A stretch of DNA of 64,000 nt from NCBI GenBank assembly GCA_050331735.1, contig JBHJGN010000039.1:1-64000 (forward strand). The letters are read 5' to 3'. Positions within the stretch are counted from its first letter, which is position 1; every line of letters starts with the position of its first letter. The position numbers and the translations under genes were made by a program. This DNA is from Cyanophyceae cyanobacterium. Lineage in GTDB: Bacteria > Cyanobacteriota > Cyanobacteriia > Cyanobacteriales > JBHJGN01. Shown here one piece after another: positions 42,284 to 52,798 of the stretch. The notes under the pieces were generated by a model. It ran no database searches. It was not told where the DNA came from and saw only the letters and a list, made by a program, of their open reading frames with translations.

Positions 42284-43190
42284 TGGTTTCGAGATCCACG
42301 GTGAGCAGTTGATTCACGGCTGGATGTGATTGAGAGCAGAGTGCTGTTGAGGCCGCTGGCAGGCTACCAAGATTTGGCGGGCTCAGTCTGGCGAACTAAT
42401 AGTGTTCTCCGGTTGTCAGCTCATTACTGATAGTGGCGGAAGACAAATACAAGCTGCATAAACCTGCTTTCTCGACATCCGTTTTCCAGAATTGTTACTT
42501 TTCTAGTTAAGAATTACACGATCCGGTTCTCTTTTGTCGAGTTGCGCTCGTCCTCACTGTTCTGATGATGCTTTTGTCGTTGAACCAAGCAGAAAAAACA
42601 GAAAGCTCTCTCCAGGAAAGAGATGAGGCAAATTACAGGCACAGGTTAACTCTACAGTCCGGTCATCAGGCTTTGTGGTTGTCAATTTGTCAAAGCCGTA
42701 ATTTGTTTCCCAAAGTCAAGCTGGGAGAAGAAAACCAGCAAAAGTAATATTGTAGAAACATGATAGTCACTAAAATTTTGCTTGGGGCAACTTTTTTTTG
42801 CACTGGCAGCTCAGCAACAAGCAAGGAATGGAGGCGAGCATCTCCCTAGCCAGCCGGTAGTAGTCGCGGGTGCTGCCACACAGGTCAACAGCTACTATGC
42901 CTAACGCTGTACCAAGCTTTCCAATAGCTTTATCCAAAAAGCCAACTTTTGCTAGTCTGAGAGACTGCCTGAGCCTAAATAGCGGCTTCTACTCTTAACC
43001 GTACTAACAGAGCTCCTGCTTCTGCACCCCGTTTCAAACTGCTCACATTTATTGTTTGTTAATCACGCTGGAAAAGAGTTCTGAGCAAAATATCTCTAAG
43101 AGTATTAGAATCTGAAAGTTTCGAGCGTGTTATGCTGGCAACGCTAAATTAGGTAGAATTCTAGAGAAATTTGATTAAGGCAGGTTGATA

Positions 43191-44657
43191 ATGTCAAAAA
43201 CCCTCTTAGTTGTTGACGATGAACAGGAATTTGCTCAAATCATAGTAGATACTTTTCAACAAGAAGTTGAGCAAGGATTAAAAATTGAGTCTGTCCACAG
43301 CGGGACTCAAGCCTGGAACAGAATCGACACAGAACCAACAACGATTAAGGGCGTATTAATTGATCTGGTGGTTCCTGAACTAGAAGAGGGTTTAACTTTA
43401 ATTGAAAAATTGGAAAAAAACTATCCCAATATTAAATATGTTGTTTACTCAGCTCAAGTTTCTATTGAAGAGTATGTTAAGCACTTCAAAAATCACAAGA
43501 ATCTGATTGCCTGTATTGACAAAGGAAAAGTTTCTACAAAAGAGGTTAAAAATTTAATTAGAGAAGATTTAGCAATTCCTGCACCCCAAGCTACTAAAAA
43601 GTTTGACTATGATACTCTCGATTCGGTAACTACCCAGTTTTTACGCCAACAAGCCGTTAGAATTCGGGGACTGATTAGACAAAACATCCTAGAAATTGGT
43701 TTAAGCTTACTTGAAGTTAAGCAAAAGTTAAAGCACGGAAACTTTATTAACTGGATTGAAAGTGAGTTTTACTGGAGCTACTCTTTAGCCTACAAGTTTA
43801 TGCGGGTCGCTGAGGCTTTCCCCAAAAAGTACACATCTGTAAACTTTACAGATTTGCAGTTTGCCCCTTCAGCTCTGTATCTTCTAGCTGCTGTTTCTGT
43901 TCCAGAAGCTGCCAGGGATGAAGCTGTATCCCGCGCGCAAGCGGGTGAAGATATCACCTATTCAACTGCTCAGGAAATTAAGCGCAAGTACGTTAGCGAG
44001 TCTGACAAAACCCCGTTGAAAGAGACAAAACCGAAAGAAGAACTCTCTACTCTCCTGCTGCCGTCAGTTCCAGCCGCAGACAGGGAACTCAAGGATGAGA
44101 CAACTGCATTATGGTCATCAGAAGCGAAGGAGGCTCCTGCTCAACCTACCAGAGAGAGGGCCACTCCGCCACCTCAGTTGGAAATTGTTAATGTTAAACT
44201 CAAAACAAAAGCCTCTCCCAAAATTCAAGACTCTGATATGTGGTGGCAGCTAGATCGTCACACCCTTTACTGGGGAAGTCCAGGTTCGTTACGATTTGTC
44301 GAGCGTCTTCCTCAAAACATTGCTTTGAGTCTAGCTTTCCCGCCGCATCGAAATTGGGTTTTGGAACAACCAATAGCCGCTAACTCATCGTTGGCGCTCT
44401 ACCGGGGCTACGAAGATGAGGCTCCAGATCTCTTCCGGCAGATGATTGAGCGAGCGCTAGAGCTGTATACAGAAGCGGGCGATTTGGTGGTTTTTTCGTA
44501 CCTTCCCGATCCAGAATTGCTAAGATTGGTGGATACCCTCGACTGTTGCTGTTACATAGCCGAGCCTCGTTGGGCGCGTTGCCAGGAAGCGATCGCAGTT
44601 TGGCAAGCACAAGGAGGAACAGTGCAAAGAGCTAGCAATAGCGATGAGCAATCTTGA
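43191..44657 (+). CDS. Response regulator receiver fused to DUF3102 domain and an uncharacterised C-terminal domain
   Basis: REC: LLVVDDE, LIDL, YSA, IDK; DUF3102: FDY..LD, IG..L.EVKQKLKHGNF..W...EF, SALYLLAA. Confidence 0.8.
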   Translation: MSKTLLVVDDEQEFAQIIVDTFQQEVEQGLKIESVHSGTQAWNRIDTEPTTIKGVLIDLVVPELEEGLTLIEKLEKNYPNIKYVVYSAQVSIEEYVKHFKNHKNLIACIDKGKVSTKEVKNLIREDLAIPAPQATKKFDYDTLDSVTTQFLRQQAVRIRGLIRQNILEIGLSLLEVKQKLKHGNFINWIESEFYWSYSLAYKFMRVAEAFPKKYTSVNFTDLQFAPSALYLLAAVSVPEAARDEAVSRAQAGEDITYSTAQEIKRKYVSESDKTPLKETKPKEELSTLLLPSVPAADRELKDETTALWSSEAKEAPAQPTRERATPPPQLEIVNVKLKTKASPKIQDSDMWWQLDRHTLYWGSPGSLRFVERLPQNIALSLAFPPHRNWVLEQPIAANSSLALYRGYEDEAPDLFRQMIERALELYTEAGDLVVFSYLPDPELLRLVDTLDCCCYIAEPRWARCQEAIAVWQAQGGTVQRASNSDEQS

Positions 44658-44730
44658 AACTTTTTTGCAGCGCTTCAGCCTGTCATGGTGCTGACCGTCA
44701 AGCAGTTCACTTTTTGAGGAGCCGTAACTC

Positions 44731-45012
44731 ATGATTTCAACGAAACCGACTATTTTAGTAACTGGTGAAATTGACCATCTCGGCATTCACAGCGTTCAGT
44801 CATTGCAAAATGAAGGCTACGACATGGTTGTTCTGGGTAGCTTAGTACATAACTATCGCGCCCCAATTGAAAGTATGCTAAAAGCCAAGCTAGTTGGAGG
44901 AGATGCCGATAATTGGACAACCTTTAGTTGTTTGTGGATGATCTACTGCATCGCGGCGATTATGCATTTTGAGGAAAAGAAGTTTTGCTCTTTAATGATT
45001 TTTGTTAAGTAA
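44731..45012 (+). pseudogene. galE: Degenerate N-terminal fragment of UDP-glucose 4-epimerase
   Basis: TILVTGEIDHLGIHSV..LQ..GYDMVVL..LV...IAAIMHF parallels GalE TILVTGGAGYIGSH...IAAVMHF; Gly-rich motif destroyed and gene truncated. Confidence 0.65.
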
Positions 45013-45414
45013 ACAGTAAACTGCTGTGCAAAGTTATGTCAGGACGGATTAGCTTTTTATTCTTAAGGAGCAAGTAGCAGATGGCAATCTATGAGGTTGT
45101 CCTAATCTTGCTCTGTATATAGCATCTCTCACATTTGTGAGATATACCTCTAAGCCCTAATTTTTGGGGATGGGCTGGGAAAGCATTCGGTGCTTTCTCT
45201 AGACTCTGCTTGATTGTTGATTATTCCCGCCATAATGTCTGGCATTTCTTACTAAAGTGAGAACTACACCCTATTTTCAGGAACAGCGCATCTGAATACA
45301 TTGCTGCTGTTATAGCATCAGCGATTACAGTGACAGAGTATTCGCAAAGGGAGTGTTGCATACCGAGCTAGCCTCTACTACTATCAAGGCGGTAATTTCC
45401 ACTCAGTTTTGGCA

Positions 45415-46065
45415 ATGCTCTCCGCTATTTTGTTCGATCTAGACGGAACGCTTACTAACACCGATCCGCTTCACTTTGCCACCTGGCAAGAGGTTCTCGC
45501 CGAGTTAGGTCTTTCTATTGATCGGACGTTTTACGATCAGCGGATTTCTGGACGGCTAAATTCGGCGATCGTACAAGATATTCTCCCAAAGCTTAAGCCA
45601 GAAGCAGGAATGCAGGTTGCTGACGATAAAGAACGGCGTTTTCGCCAGCAAAGTCATCAGCTACAGCCGTTACCCGGTTTAGCAGAGTTGCTTCAGTGGG
45701 TGGCCTCTCGTCAGCTCAAACAGGCAGTGGTGACGAACGCACCCCGCGCCAATGCTCAGTTTATGCTGGAAGCCCTCCAGCTAACCGCCGCTTTTCCGAC
45801 CGTTGTTTTAGCCGAAGAAGCCGCGCAGGGCAAACCCGATCCCGCTCCTTATCAGCTCGCCTTATCTCGCTTAGGCGTAACGTGTGAAGAGGCGATCGCT
45901 TTTGAAGACTCTCCCTCGGGCGTTCGTTCTGCGGTAGGTGCCGGACTATCGACGATTGGGGTCGCTTCAACCCACGTCCCCACTCATCTTCAAGACGCGG
46001 GAGCGGCGATGGTCATTACCGATTTTACGGAGCCGAAGCTCTGGGAATGGCTGGCCAAGCTGTAG
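45415..46065 (+). CDS. HAD family phosphatase (CbbY/beta-PGM-like)
   Basis: FDLDGTL, VTN, KPDP, FEDS. Confidence 0.9.
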   Translation: MLSAILFDLDGTLTNTDPLHFATWQEVLAELGLSIDRTFYDQRISGRLNSAIVQDILPKLKPEAGMQVADDKERRFRQQSHQLQPLPGLAELLQWVASRQLKQAVVTNAPRANAQFMLEALQLTAAFPTVVLAEEAAQGKPDPAPYQLALSRLGVTCEEAIAFEDSPSGVRSAVGAGLSTIGVASTHVPTHLQDAGAAMVITDFTEPKLWEWLAKL

Positions 46066-46073
46066 GAATTGAC

Positions 46074-47321
46074 CTAAGTAGAGGACGAATTGTCATCCCG
46101 GCTGCTCGTTGATTGCCGATGATTAGGCATTTTCTGACGATGCCAAGCTTCTATCGCAGTTTGATGAACGGTCAACCACGGAACTCCATGCTGTCGAGCT
46201 AATTGGGCACAATCTTCGTACTCTGGATGGACATTCATCACTCTATGCGGCTCCCCCTGACTCGCTACCTTGATTCGTACCGTACCGTATCCTGTCTCTA
46301 CCGACTGAATTTCCCGCTGGAGAATGGAGCGCTGCTGCATCGAACGTCTAATGCCGAGCGTCGTTGTCTCCCTAAACAACACCGCTTCACAGGCGGTTAC
46401 TTTCTCAGGCGGACAGATTACGGTCAGTAACGTTCCCAGTCGAGACTTCTTCATAGCGATCGCGCTTGTAAATACGTCGAGAGCGCCAGAGCGAAATAGC
46501 ACTGCTAACGCATAGGCGATCGCCTGGGGACTGGCATCATCAATTTGGGTCTCCAGCACCGCCACTTCCTGCTGGACGAATGAGGTAGCTTCTGTCCCTA
46601 GCCAGAGCCGGAGAAGATTCGGCAGCGCTAGCTGAGCGGTTCCTGCCCCTAGGCCGATACGCTCAAGGGTCAGAGGCGGAGGCGCTCCAAAACGAGTGGC
46701 GAGGGTTGTAGCGATCGCTGCTCCGGTGGGCGTGACTAACTCTTTTTCAATCCCATTGCTGTAGACGGGCACCTGACGCATTTCCCACAGCTTCAGCACT
46801 GCCGGAACCGGGACGGGCAAACGACCATGAGCCACCCTCACCATGCCTCCGCCAGTCGGGAGAGGCGAGCAGTGCAGTTCGTCAATTCCTAGCCAGTCTA
46901 ACCCTAGACAAGTGCCCACAATATCGACAATGGCATCCGTGGCCCCCACTTCATGAAAATGCACCTTCTCTGGAGCAATACCGTGGACGGCTCCTTCGGC
47001 AATGGCAAGCTGACGAAAGACCTGTAAACTCCACCGCAAGGCTCTTGGCGGTAGAGATGTTGCTTGAATGAGCTGCTCGATGTTCGGTAGATGCCTAGCA
47101 GGAAAGTGGCGATCGTCCTTCAGGACATCTACATGCACCTTGGTGGCGGCTTGCCCGTTGCGATGCACTGTTTCTGCCCAAAGATGATACTCCTGCTCAA
47201 TAGAGAGCTGACGAAGCTGCTCGCTCAAATACTCTAATGGTACCCCCACATCCACCAGAGCCCCTAAACACATATCTCCGGCAATTCCGGTCGGGCATTC
47301 TAAATAAGCAATCTTCTTCAT
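46074..47321 (-). CDS. larC: Nickel pincer cofactor biosynthesis protein LarC
   Basis: [52 protein letters not shown]. Confidence 0.93.
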   Translation of the reverse strand: MKKIAYLECPTGIAGDMCLGALVDVGVPLEYLSEQLRQLSIEQEYHLWAETVHRNGQAATKVHVDVLKDDRHFPARHLPNIEQLIQATSLPPRALRWSLQVFRQLAIAEGAVHGIAPEKVHFHEVGATDAIVDIVGTCLGLDWLGIDELHCSPLPTGGGMVRVAHGRLPVPVPAVLKLWEMRQVPVYSNGIEKELVTPTGAAIATTLATRFGAPPPLTLERIGLGAGTAQLALPNLLRLWLGTEATSFVQQEVAVLETQIDDASPQAIAYALAVLFRSGALDVFTSAIAMKKSRLGTLLTVICPPEKVTACEAVLFRETTTLGIRRSMQQRSILQREIQSVETGYGTVRIKVASQGEPHRVMNVHPEYEDCAQLARQHGVPWLTVHQTAIEAWHRQKMPNHRQSTSSRDDNSSST

Positions 47322-47675
47322 TCCTATAAAGCCGTGCCTCCGGCGCGAATTGGTTTGCCACTGAATTTGACGGTCGCCTTCTACTTTAATCTCTCTCCGG
47401 GACCAACTGGTTAACAGAGCCTCTGCCCAAACCGTTCAACCCTCCTTTCCTATCGAGCAATGCTTAAATGATTGGCTGCTATCCTCACAAATTCCTCATA
47501 TTCTTAGCTTAATCTGTGTTGTTATTGAGCATTGCTGAAAGAAGCCCGCTCGAAATTGATAATTACTAACAAACTTACAATTAACTGCCCTGATCGTTTG
47601 CTAGCCAGCCACACCGTCATCGAAATCAAAGATGATTTTGTCTAATCTTAATATCGTTTAGTCTCCGGATCTAAA

Positions 47676-49175
47676 ATGAGTGACGCGCACAAGAGCGATC
47701 GCCAACCCAAATTCTTAGGGATGACTCGCAAAATACTTGTTACTGCCGCCGTCTTCCTGACCGTCATTGCCCTGTGGCTGACCTGGCCTTTTTTGACCAA
47801 TCGCGGCCCCGTTTACTACGCCGACATCGACGAACATTTTCGCTACGGCTCAGTCGGAGGCGAAAATACAGACGGGATTCCCTACTGGTTATGGAAAGCT
47901 TTGCCCGTGGTGTTCGCGGATAAGCTGCCTGGGGAGGGCTGGACCTCCCTAGGCTTCATTCAAGAACCAGACCACGAGCTACCGATTGGCTTTGCTAAAT
48001 CGACCCGTACTATTGGTCTGGATGTGGTGACCCAGAACTGCGCCACCTGCCACGTCAGTACGCTGCGGGAAACCCCCGAGTCGCAGCCAGCGATCGTCTC
48101 GACGATGCCCGCCAATACCGTCAATCTTCAGGCTTATATTCAGTTTCTCATTAATGCCGCCATTGACGAACGTTTCACCGCCAGCCAGATTATGCCCACC
48201 ATCGCCGCGATGGGAGCAAATCTGAATCCGCTGGAGAAGCTAGTTTACAAGTATTTTGCCATTCCCCAAACGCGGGATGCCCTGCTGCGGGAACGGCACG
48301 ACCTGACGTTTATGGAAAAGCAGTCTTCCTATGGACCGGGGCGAGTGGATACGTTTACAACGTATAAAACTCGTCGCTTCGGGTTTCCCGCCGACGAACT
48401 GCCTCCAGAAGAACTCAACGGCATTGCCGATTTTCCCAGCATCTGGAATCAGGAACCTCGGCAGGGTCTATATCTGCACTGGGACGGCAACAATAACGAC
48501 CCGGATGAGCGCAATCGCACCGCCGCCCTAGCGCTCGTCGCTCCGGCAACCCTGGATTTCGATTCGCTGTTTCGCCTCCAGGAATGGTTAAATGAGGTGC
48601 CGCCGCCCGAATACCCCTACAGGATTGATGCCGCCCTCGCGGCGCGGGGCCAGCCCATTTTTGAGGCTCAGTGCGCAAGCTGTCACGATATTCTCCATCG
48701 TCCCGACAAATCGGATTTAGAAACCGTCACCCCCATCGACCAAATCGGAACAGACCGAGGACGGTTAGATTCCTACACCTACGATCTGGCCTCTAATCAA
48801 TATTTAATCTTTAGCGGGATCGAGTATCGAGGAGAAGATAAGCGCTTTCGGCACTACCGCAAAACCAATGGCTACGCCAACGCCCCTTTAGATGGAATTT
48901 GGCTGCGTGCCCCCTATTTGCACAATGGGTCTGTGCCCACCCTCCGAGACTTACTGGAGAAACCTGAGGCTCGCCCAAAAACTTTTTTCCGCGGCTATGA
49001 CGTATACGACAAAAGAAATGTTGGCTTTATCAGTACTGTCCCCGCAGAGGACGGCAAGCCATTTTTCAAATATGACACCTCCTTGCCAGGTAACGGCAAT
49101 GGCGGTCATCTGTTTGGAACCGACCTCTCCGCCGAGGATAAAGAGGCTCTCCTTGAATACCTCAAAACGCAGTAG
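47676..49175 (+). CDS. Membrane-anchored di-heme c-type protein, RoxA/MauG-superfamily-like (paralog 1)
   Basis: N-terminal TM; CATCH and CASCH heme sites; GPGRVD, WDGN, PYLHNGSVPTL, GNGNGGH. Confidence 0.82.
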   Translation: MSDAHKSDRQPKFLGMTRKILVTAAVFLTVIALWLTWPFLTNRGPVYYADIDEHFRYGSVGGENTDGIPYWLWKALPVVFADKLPGEGWTSLGFIQEPDHELPIGFAKSTRTIGLDVVTQNCATCHVSTLRETPESQPAIVSTMPANTVNLQAYIQFLINAAIDERFTASQIMPTIAAMGANLNPLEKLVYKYFAIPQTRDALLRERHDLTFMEKQSSYGPGRVDTFTTYKTRRFGFPADELPPEELNGIADFPSIWNQEPRQGLYLHWDGNNNDPDERNRTAALALVAPATLDFDSLFRLQEWLNEVPPPEYPYRIDAALAARGQPIFEAQCASCHDILHRPDKSDLETVTPIDQIGTDRGRLDSYTYDLASNQYLIFSGIEYRGEDKRFRHYRKTNGYANAPLDGIWLRAPYLHNGSVPTLRDLLEKPEARPKTFFRGYDVYDKRNVGFISTVPAEDGKPFFKYDTSLPGNGNGGHLFGTDLSAEDKEALLEYLKTQ

Positions 49176-49205
49176 ACTGCTCGACGCTCGCGCAAAGGTA
49201 ACGTA

Positions 49206-50678
49206 ATGTTTGTGATTCAGCTTAAGCTTCGGAAAACCACTCTCATTGCCCTGGTGCTAGCCTTCCTGTTGGCGATCGCCGGGGTGGCCTATTACGGCTG
49301 GCAGGGCGTATATCGGCAAAAACCGTTGACCGTCTACGAATCTCCCGAAGAGCATTTCAAATACGGCTCCATTGGTACTGAGTCCGTCAGCGGGATTCCG
49401 TTTTGGATTTGGGTCGTGTTACCCCGCCTGTTTCCAGAAAAACTACCGGGTCCGGGTGGCTACACTTCTTTAGGATTGACCTGGGAACCGGGTTACGAAA
49501 TGCCCGTAGGGTTTACCAAAGAAACTATCGGCGTTCCTCGGGTCGGCCTGAACTGTGCCGCCTGCCACGTCGGGACGCTTAGAAACACCGTCACTGAAAG
49601 TCCGACCTTTTTATTAGGCGCTCCCAGCACCACCTTCGACAGTCAGCGCTACGCCCGATTCCTCTTTGACTGCGCCAGCGATCCTCGCTTTAACGCCAAC
49701 TTCATCCTGCCGGAGATCACCGACAATATCCCTCTTTCTCTAGGAGAGAAGTTACTGTACCGCTTCGCCATCATTCCTGCCACCAAGCAAGCGCTGCTCA
49801 AACAGCGGGCCGCTTTGGCCTACATCGACAGTCAACCGGATTGGGGTCCAGGACGCACAGACATGAATCCCTTGAAAATAGGGGTCTTGGGTTTACCGAA
49901 CGATGGTTCTGTTGGCAGTACCGACGTGATGGCGGTTTGGAATGAAGCGGCTCATGCAGAATTTTACAAGCATAGCGATGGGTTGACCCCAGACCTACAC
50001 GAATCGGTGTTGAGCAGTGCCTTGGGGACGGGAACAACTCTGCAAGCAGTGAATCTGGAGAGCTTGAAACGGGTTGAAAACTGGATGCGTCAGGCTACCC
50101 CACCCCCCTACCCTTACCCGATCGATGCAGACATGGCAGCACGAGGCAAAGTAGTATTTGAAAGTACTTGCGCCACTTGTCATAGTTACAGCGGTGCGCG
50201 AACCGGAACGGTGATTCCTCTAAGCGAAGTGAACACCGATCCTAACCGCGCCAACCACTGGACTCCAGAAGCGGCTGAGGGTTTTCGTCGTTATCCCAAC
50301 GAAGAATCAGAGCTTTTTGCCAACTTTCAGGACACCGATGGCTACACGGCAGTTCCTTTAGATGGGGTTTGGGCGCGATCGCCCTACCTCCATAACGGCT
50401 CTGTACCGACTCTAGCGGCATTACTGACAGATCCGGCAGACCGTCCGCCGACGTTTTACCGCAGCTTTGACCTGTACGATCCGCAACAGGTCGGGTTCAT
50501 CTCCAATGGAGAGGAGGCGCACAAATCCGGCTATCTGTTTGATACGCGCATAGTCGGCAACAGCAACCAGGGGCATTCCTACGGCACTGAACTTGAAGCT
50601 CGCGATCAGCAAGCCCTAATTGAGTATCTAAAAACTTTATCGGCCATCGGAAGAAAGCGCATCCCTAGCAAAGGCTAA
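49206..50678 (+). CDS. Membrane-anchored di-heme c-type protein, RoxA/MauG-superfamily-like (paralog 2)
   Basis: N-terminal TM; CAACH and CATCH; GPGRTD, PYLHNGSVPTL, GNSNQGH; 30 nt after paralog 1. Confidence 0.82.
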   Translation: MFVIQLKLRKTTLIALVLAFLLAIAGVAYYGWQGVYRQKPLTVYESPEEHFKYGSIGTESVSGIPFWIWVVLPRLFPEKLPGPGGYTSLGLTWEPGYEMPVGFTKETIGVPRVGLNCAACHVGTLRNTVTESPTFLLGAPSTTFDSQRYARFLFDCASDPRFNANFILPEITDNIPLSLGEKLLYRFAIIPATKQALLKQRAALAYIDSQPDWGPGRTDMNPLKIGVLGLPNDGSVGSTDVMAVWNEAAHAEFYKHSDGLTPDLHESVLSSALGTGTTLQAVNLESLKRVENWMRQATPPPYPYPIDADMAARGKVVFESTCATCHSYSGARTGTVIPLSEVNTDPNRANHWTPEAAEGFRRYPNEESELFANFQDTDGYTAVPLDGVWARSPYLHNGSVPTLAALLTDPADRPPTFYRSFDLYDPQQVGFISNGEEAHKSGYLFDTRIVGNSNQGHSYGTELEARDQQALIEYLKTLSAIGRKRIPSKG

Positions 50679-50730
50679 ACCCTTGACCCTTTCCCCCTTC
50701 CCCTTTCCCCTGACTAGCTACTGTATTACT

Positions 50731-52011
50731 TCACTGTTCACTGTTAAGAGTACCGCTGGCTTGTTCGACAAGATCGGCAGCGCGATCGACACCACCAGCA
50801 CGGGCGATCGCCTGCTGCATCTGCTTGGCCTGCTCGCGGTAAGTGCGATCGCTCAACACCTGCTGAACGGCACTCCGCAGTACTGGAACGCTCAACTGAG
50901 CGAGAGGCACGGCGACTCCCGCTCCCGTTCTAGCTAGACGAGCGGCAATTCCGGGTTGTTCGCTGGTAATGGGAATCGCCACTAGCGGCACTCCACGACT
51001 CAATGCGCCGAGAACGGTATTCATGCCGGCATGAGTAATAACGAGACTGGCCTTTTCAATCAACTGTTGATGAGGGGCATAGGGGACAACCAGCGGCTCT
51101 CCAGGGAGAGCTGGTTCTGGCTTTTGTCGCTGGGGATCTCCGAGAGAAATGACTAGTTGGGCCTCTACATCGGCACACGCGGTGGCAATTGTCTCAAAGA
51201 TCGACCAGTTTTGATTTTGGAGCGTTCCCAGAGAAGCGTAAATCAGCGTCTCTGTCAGTTTATGCCAGGGGAAAGCCAGAGATGAGTCAGAAACGGGTTC
51301 TCTGCCCGATGGTTCCTGTAACGGACCCGTATAGTGAAAGTGGTGTGGGAGTTTCTCTCTGGGGAAATCAAACTCTGAGGGAAGCTGGCAGATTTGTAAG
51401 AGCGGCGAATACAGAGCGTTAGGATTGCGGTACGGCGGCAGATGCCACTCTTGGCGCTGCTGATTAATTACCGTGAGGATTGGCTGACGCAGGCGGGCAA
51501 TTAACAAATTACCCAGGCGGTTACGCCAGTGCGCCCAAGGAGTAGAGCGATACTGCCAGTGGGTAAAGTAGGGAGGAACTCCGGGTTCTCGATTTGTCAA
51601 CAGGGCATTGCAGACGGTGATAAAGGGAAGATTTAACCGTTCGGCAATGCTTCCTCCTGCCAGAGTAATCTGATCGACCAGCAACGCCTCCACGCCTGCC
51701 GATGTTAAAGCCGTTGGCGCTTCCTGAAACAGCATAACGGTTTCCTGGCGCAGCCAATCGATGATAAATTTGAGTCCGGCTACGCCGCTTAACTGGCCCA
51801 ACTGCTTGTATCTTTGCTCGACAGAGCCAGCCGGAAATGCCGCTTCTCCCAGCAGGCAAAAATTCAGGCCAGCATTTTTTACCTTTGGCTCTACGTCTGG
51901 CACTCCCAAGAGCGTCACCGTGTGTCCGCGCCTCTGCAATTCCCGACCCAAAGCGCACATAGGATTAAGATGGCCAATAGCTGGAGGACAGAGAATGCCG
52001 AAGCGAGTCAT
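50731..52011 (-). CDS. GT1/MGT-family UDP-glycosyltransferase (CrtX-like)
   Basis: GHLNP, YASLGT, ITHAGMNT, EQPG; likely start ATG 52011. Confidence 0.88.
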   Translation of the reverse strand: MTRFGILCPPAIGHLNPMCALGRELQRRGHTVTLLGVPDVEPKVKNAGLNFCLLGEAAFPAGSVEQRYKQLGQLSGVAGLKFIIDWLRQETVMLFQEAPTALTSAGVEALLVDQITLAGGSIAERLNLPFITVCNALLTNREPGVPPYFTHWQYRSTPWAHWRNRLGNLLIARLRQPILTVINQQRQEWHLPPYRNPNALYSPLLQICQLPSEFDFPREKLPHHFHYTGPLQEPSGREPVSDSSLAFPWHKLTETLIYASLGTLQNQNWSIFETIATACADVEAQLVISLGDPQRQKPEPALPGEPLVVPYAPHQQLIEKASLVITHAGMNTVLGALSRGVPLVAIPITSEQPGIAARLARTGAGVAVPLAQLSVPVLRSAVQQVLSDRTYREQAKQMQQAIARAGGVDRAADLVEQASGTLNSEQ

Positions 52012-52196
52012 GAGCAGTAAGAGCGAGAACAAAGAATGCTGAGAACAGCAGCACAGATTACTCTGGTTTATGGATCTAAGTATAGAGGAATAGACGTTAC
52101 CGAGCCTAATTTTTTAAACATCCCTGGCTACTTCAGCGAGAGCAACCTTACTGAGGTGATGCTTAACATTTGAGCCATTCCGCTGTTTTCACGCTC

Positions 52197-52373
52197 TTAC
52201 AGTTCTCGTTCTTTCTTTTCTTGATCTTGCTGAATTTTATAAGGAGGATTCGCTACATAATTTCCATAGTAGAGACTAAACTGCCAAAATCTTTGCAGAA
52301 AGTGCAGAGCTTTATCTTTGATGCTAGTTTGTTTCTGAAGTGGATAGTGTAATTTAGAACTTGTTCTCAGCAT
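52197..52373 (-). CDS. Small hypothetical protein (58 aa)
   Basis: GAGGAG RBS before ATG 52373; co-oriented downstream of the 96-aa ORF. Confidence 0.5.
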   Translation of the reverse strand: MLRTSSKLHYPLQKQTSIKDKALHFLQRFWQFSLYYGNYVANPPYKIQQDQEKKEREL

Positions 52374-52507
52374 TTGTTTTCTCCTCGTTTGTTTGGTTGG
52401 ATTAATTGAAGCAAACACTAACTTGGTAGCAATCGAATGTCTAACTTTGAAAAAAGAATAGTTCGTTCAGGTAAAGTCTTTTTCCGGCTTGAAGTACAAG
52501 GTTTTTC

Positions 52508-52798
52508 CTACAAATAGTAGCGCTCGTCAAACCAAATTCTGACCTCTTGCTCGGAACTAAAAGTTGCAGTGCAGCTAGTTGCCGGATCGTAAACAAACCA
52601 ACGGGTGTTGCCCTGGCGATCGCACTTTTGCCAAACCCTCGGCTCGTTACTTTTGACGGTAGCGTATAGCAAAGCCTGCCAAAGCGCATTCAACAGCCGA
52701 CTATTTTTGAAGCCATTGACCGCTTGTTTAACAAGAGAGGCTTGGTTTTTCTCTGCTTCTGTTCTTGCAAGAGTTACAGGGACAATAGCATTTTTCAT
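52508..52798 (-). CDS. Conserved cyanobacterial hypothetical protein
   Basis: AGGAGG RBS; EPRVWQ..DR.G...W..YDP.T.....F.SE.EVRIW...RYY pattern recalled from cyanobacterial small proteins. Confidence 0.72.
   Translation of the reverse strand: MKNAIVPVTLARTEAEKNQASLVKQAVNGFKNSRLLNALWQALLYATVKSNEPRVWQKCDRQGNTRWFVYDPATSCTATFSSEQEVRIWFDERYYL

Noticed and set aside
45127..45142. Palindrome TCTCACA-tt-TGTGAGA
   Set aside because: Short and isolated; spacing and orientation do not match the CRP-type TGTGA-N6-TCACA site; could be chance
46074..47321. larC without larA, larB or larE as a novelty
   Set aside because: Dispersed lar genes are common in cyanobacteria
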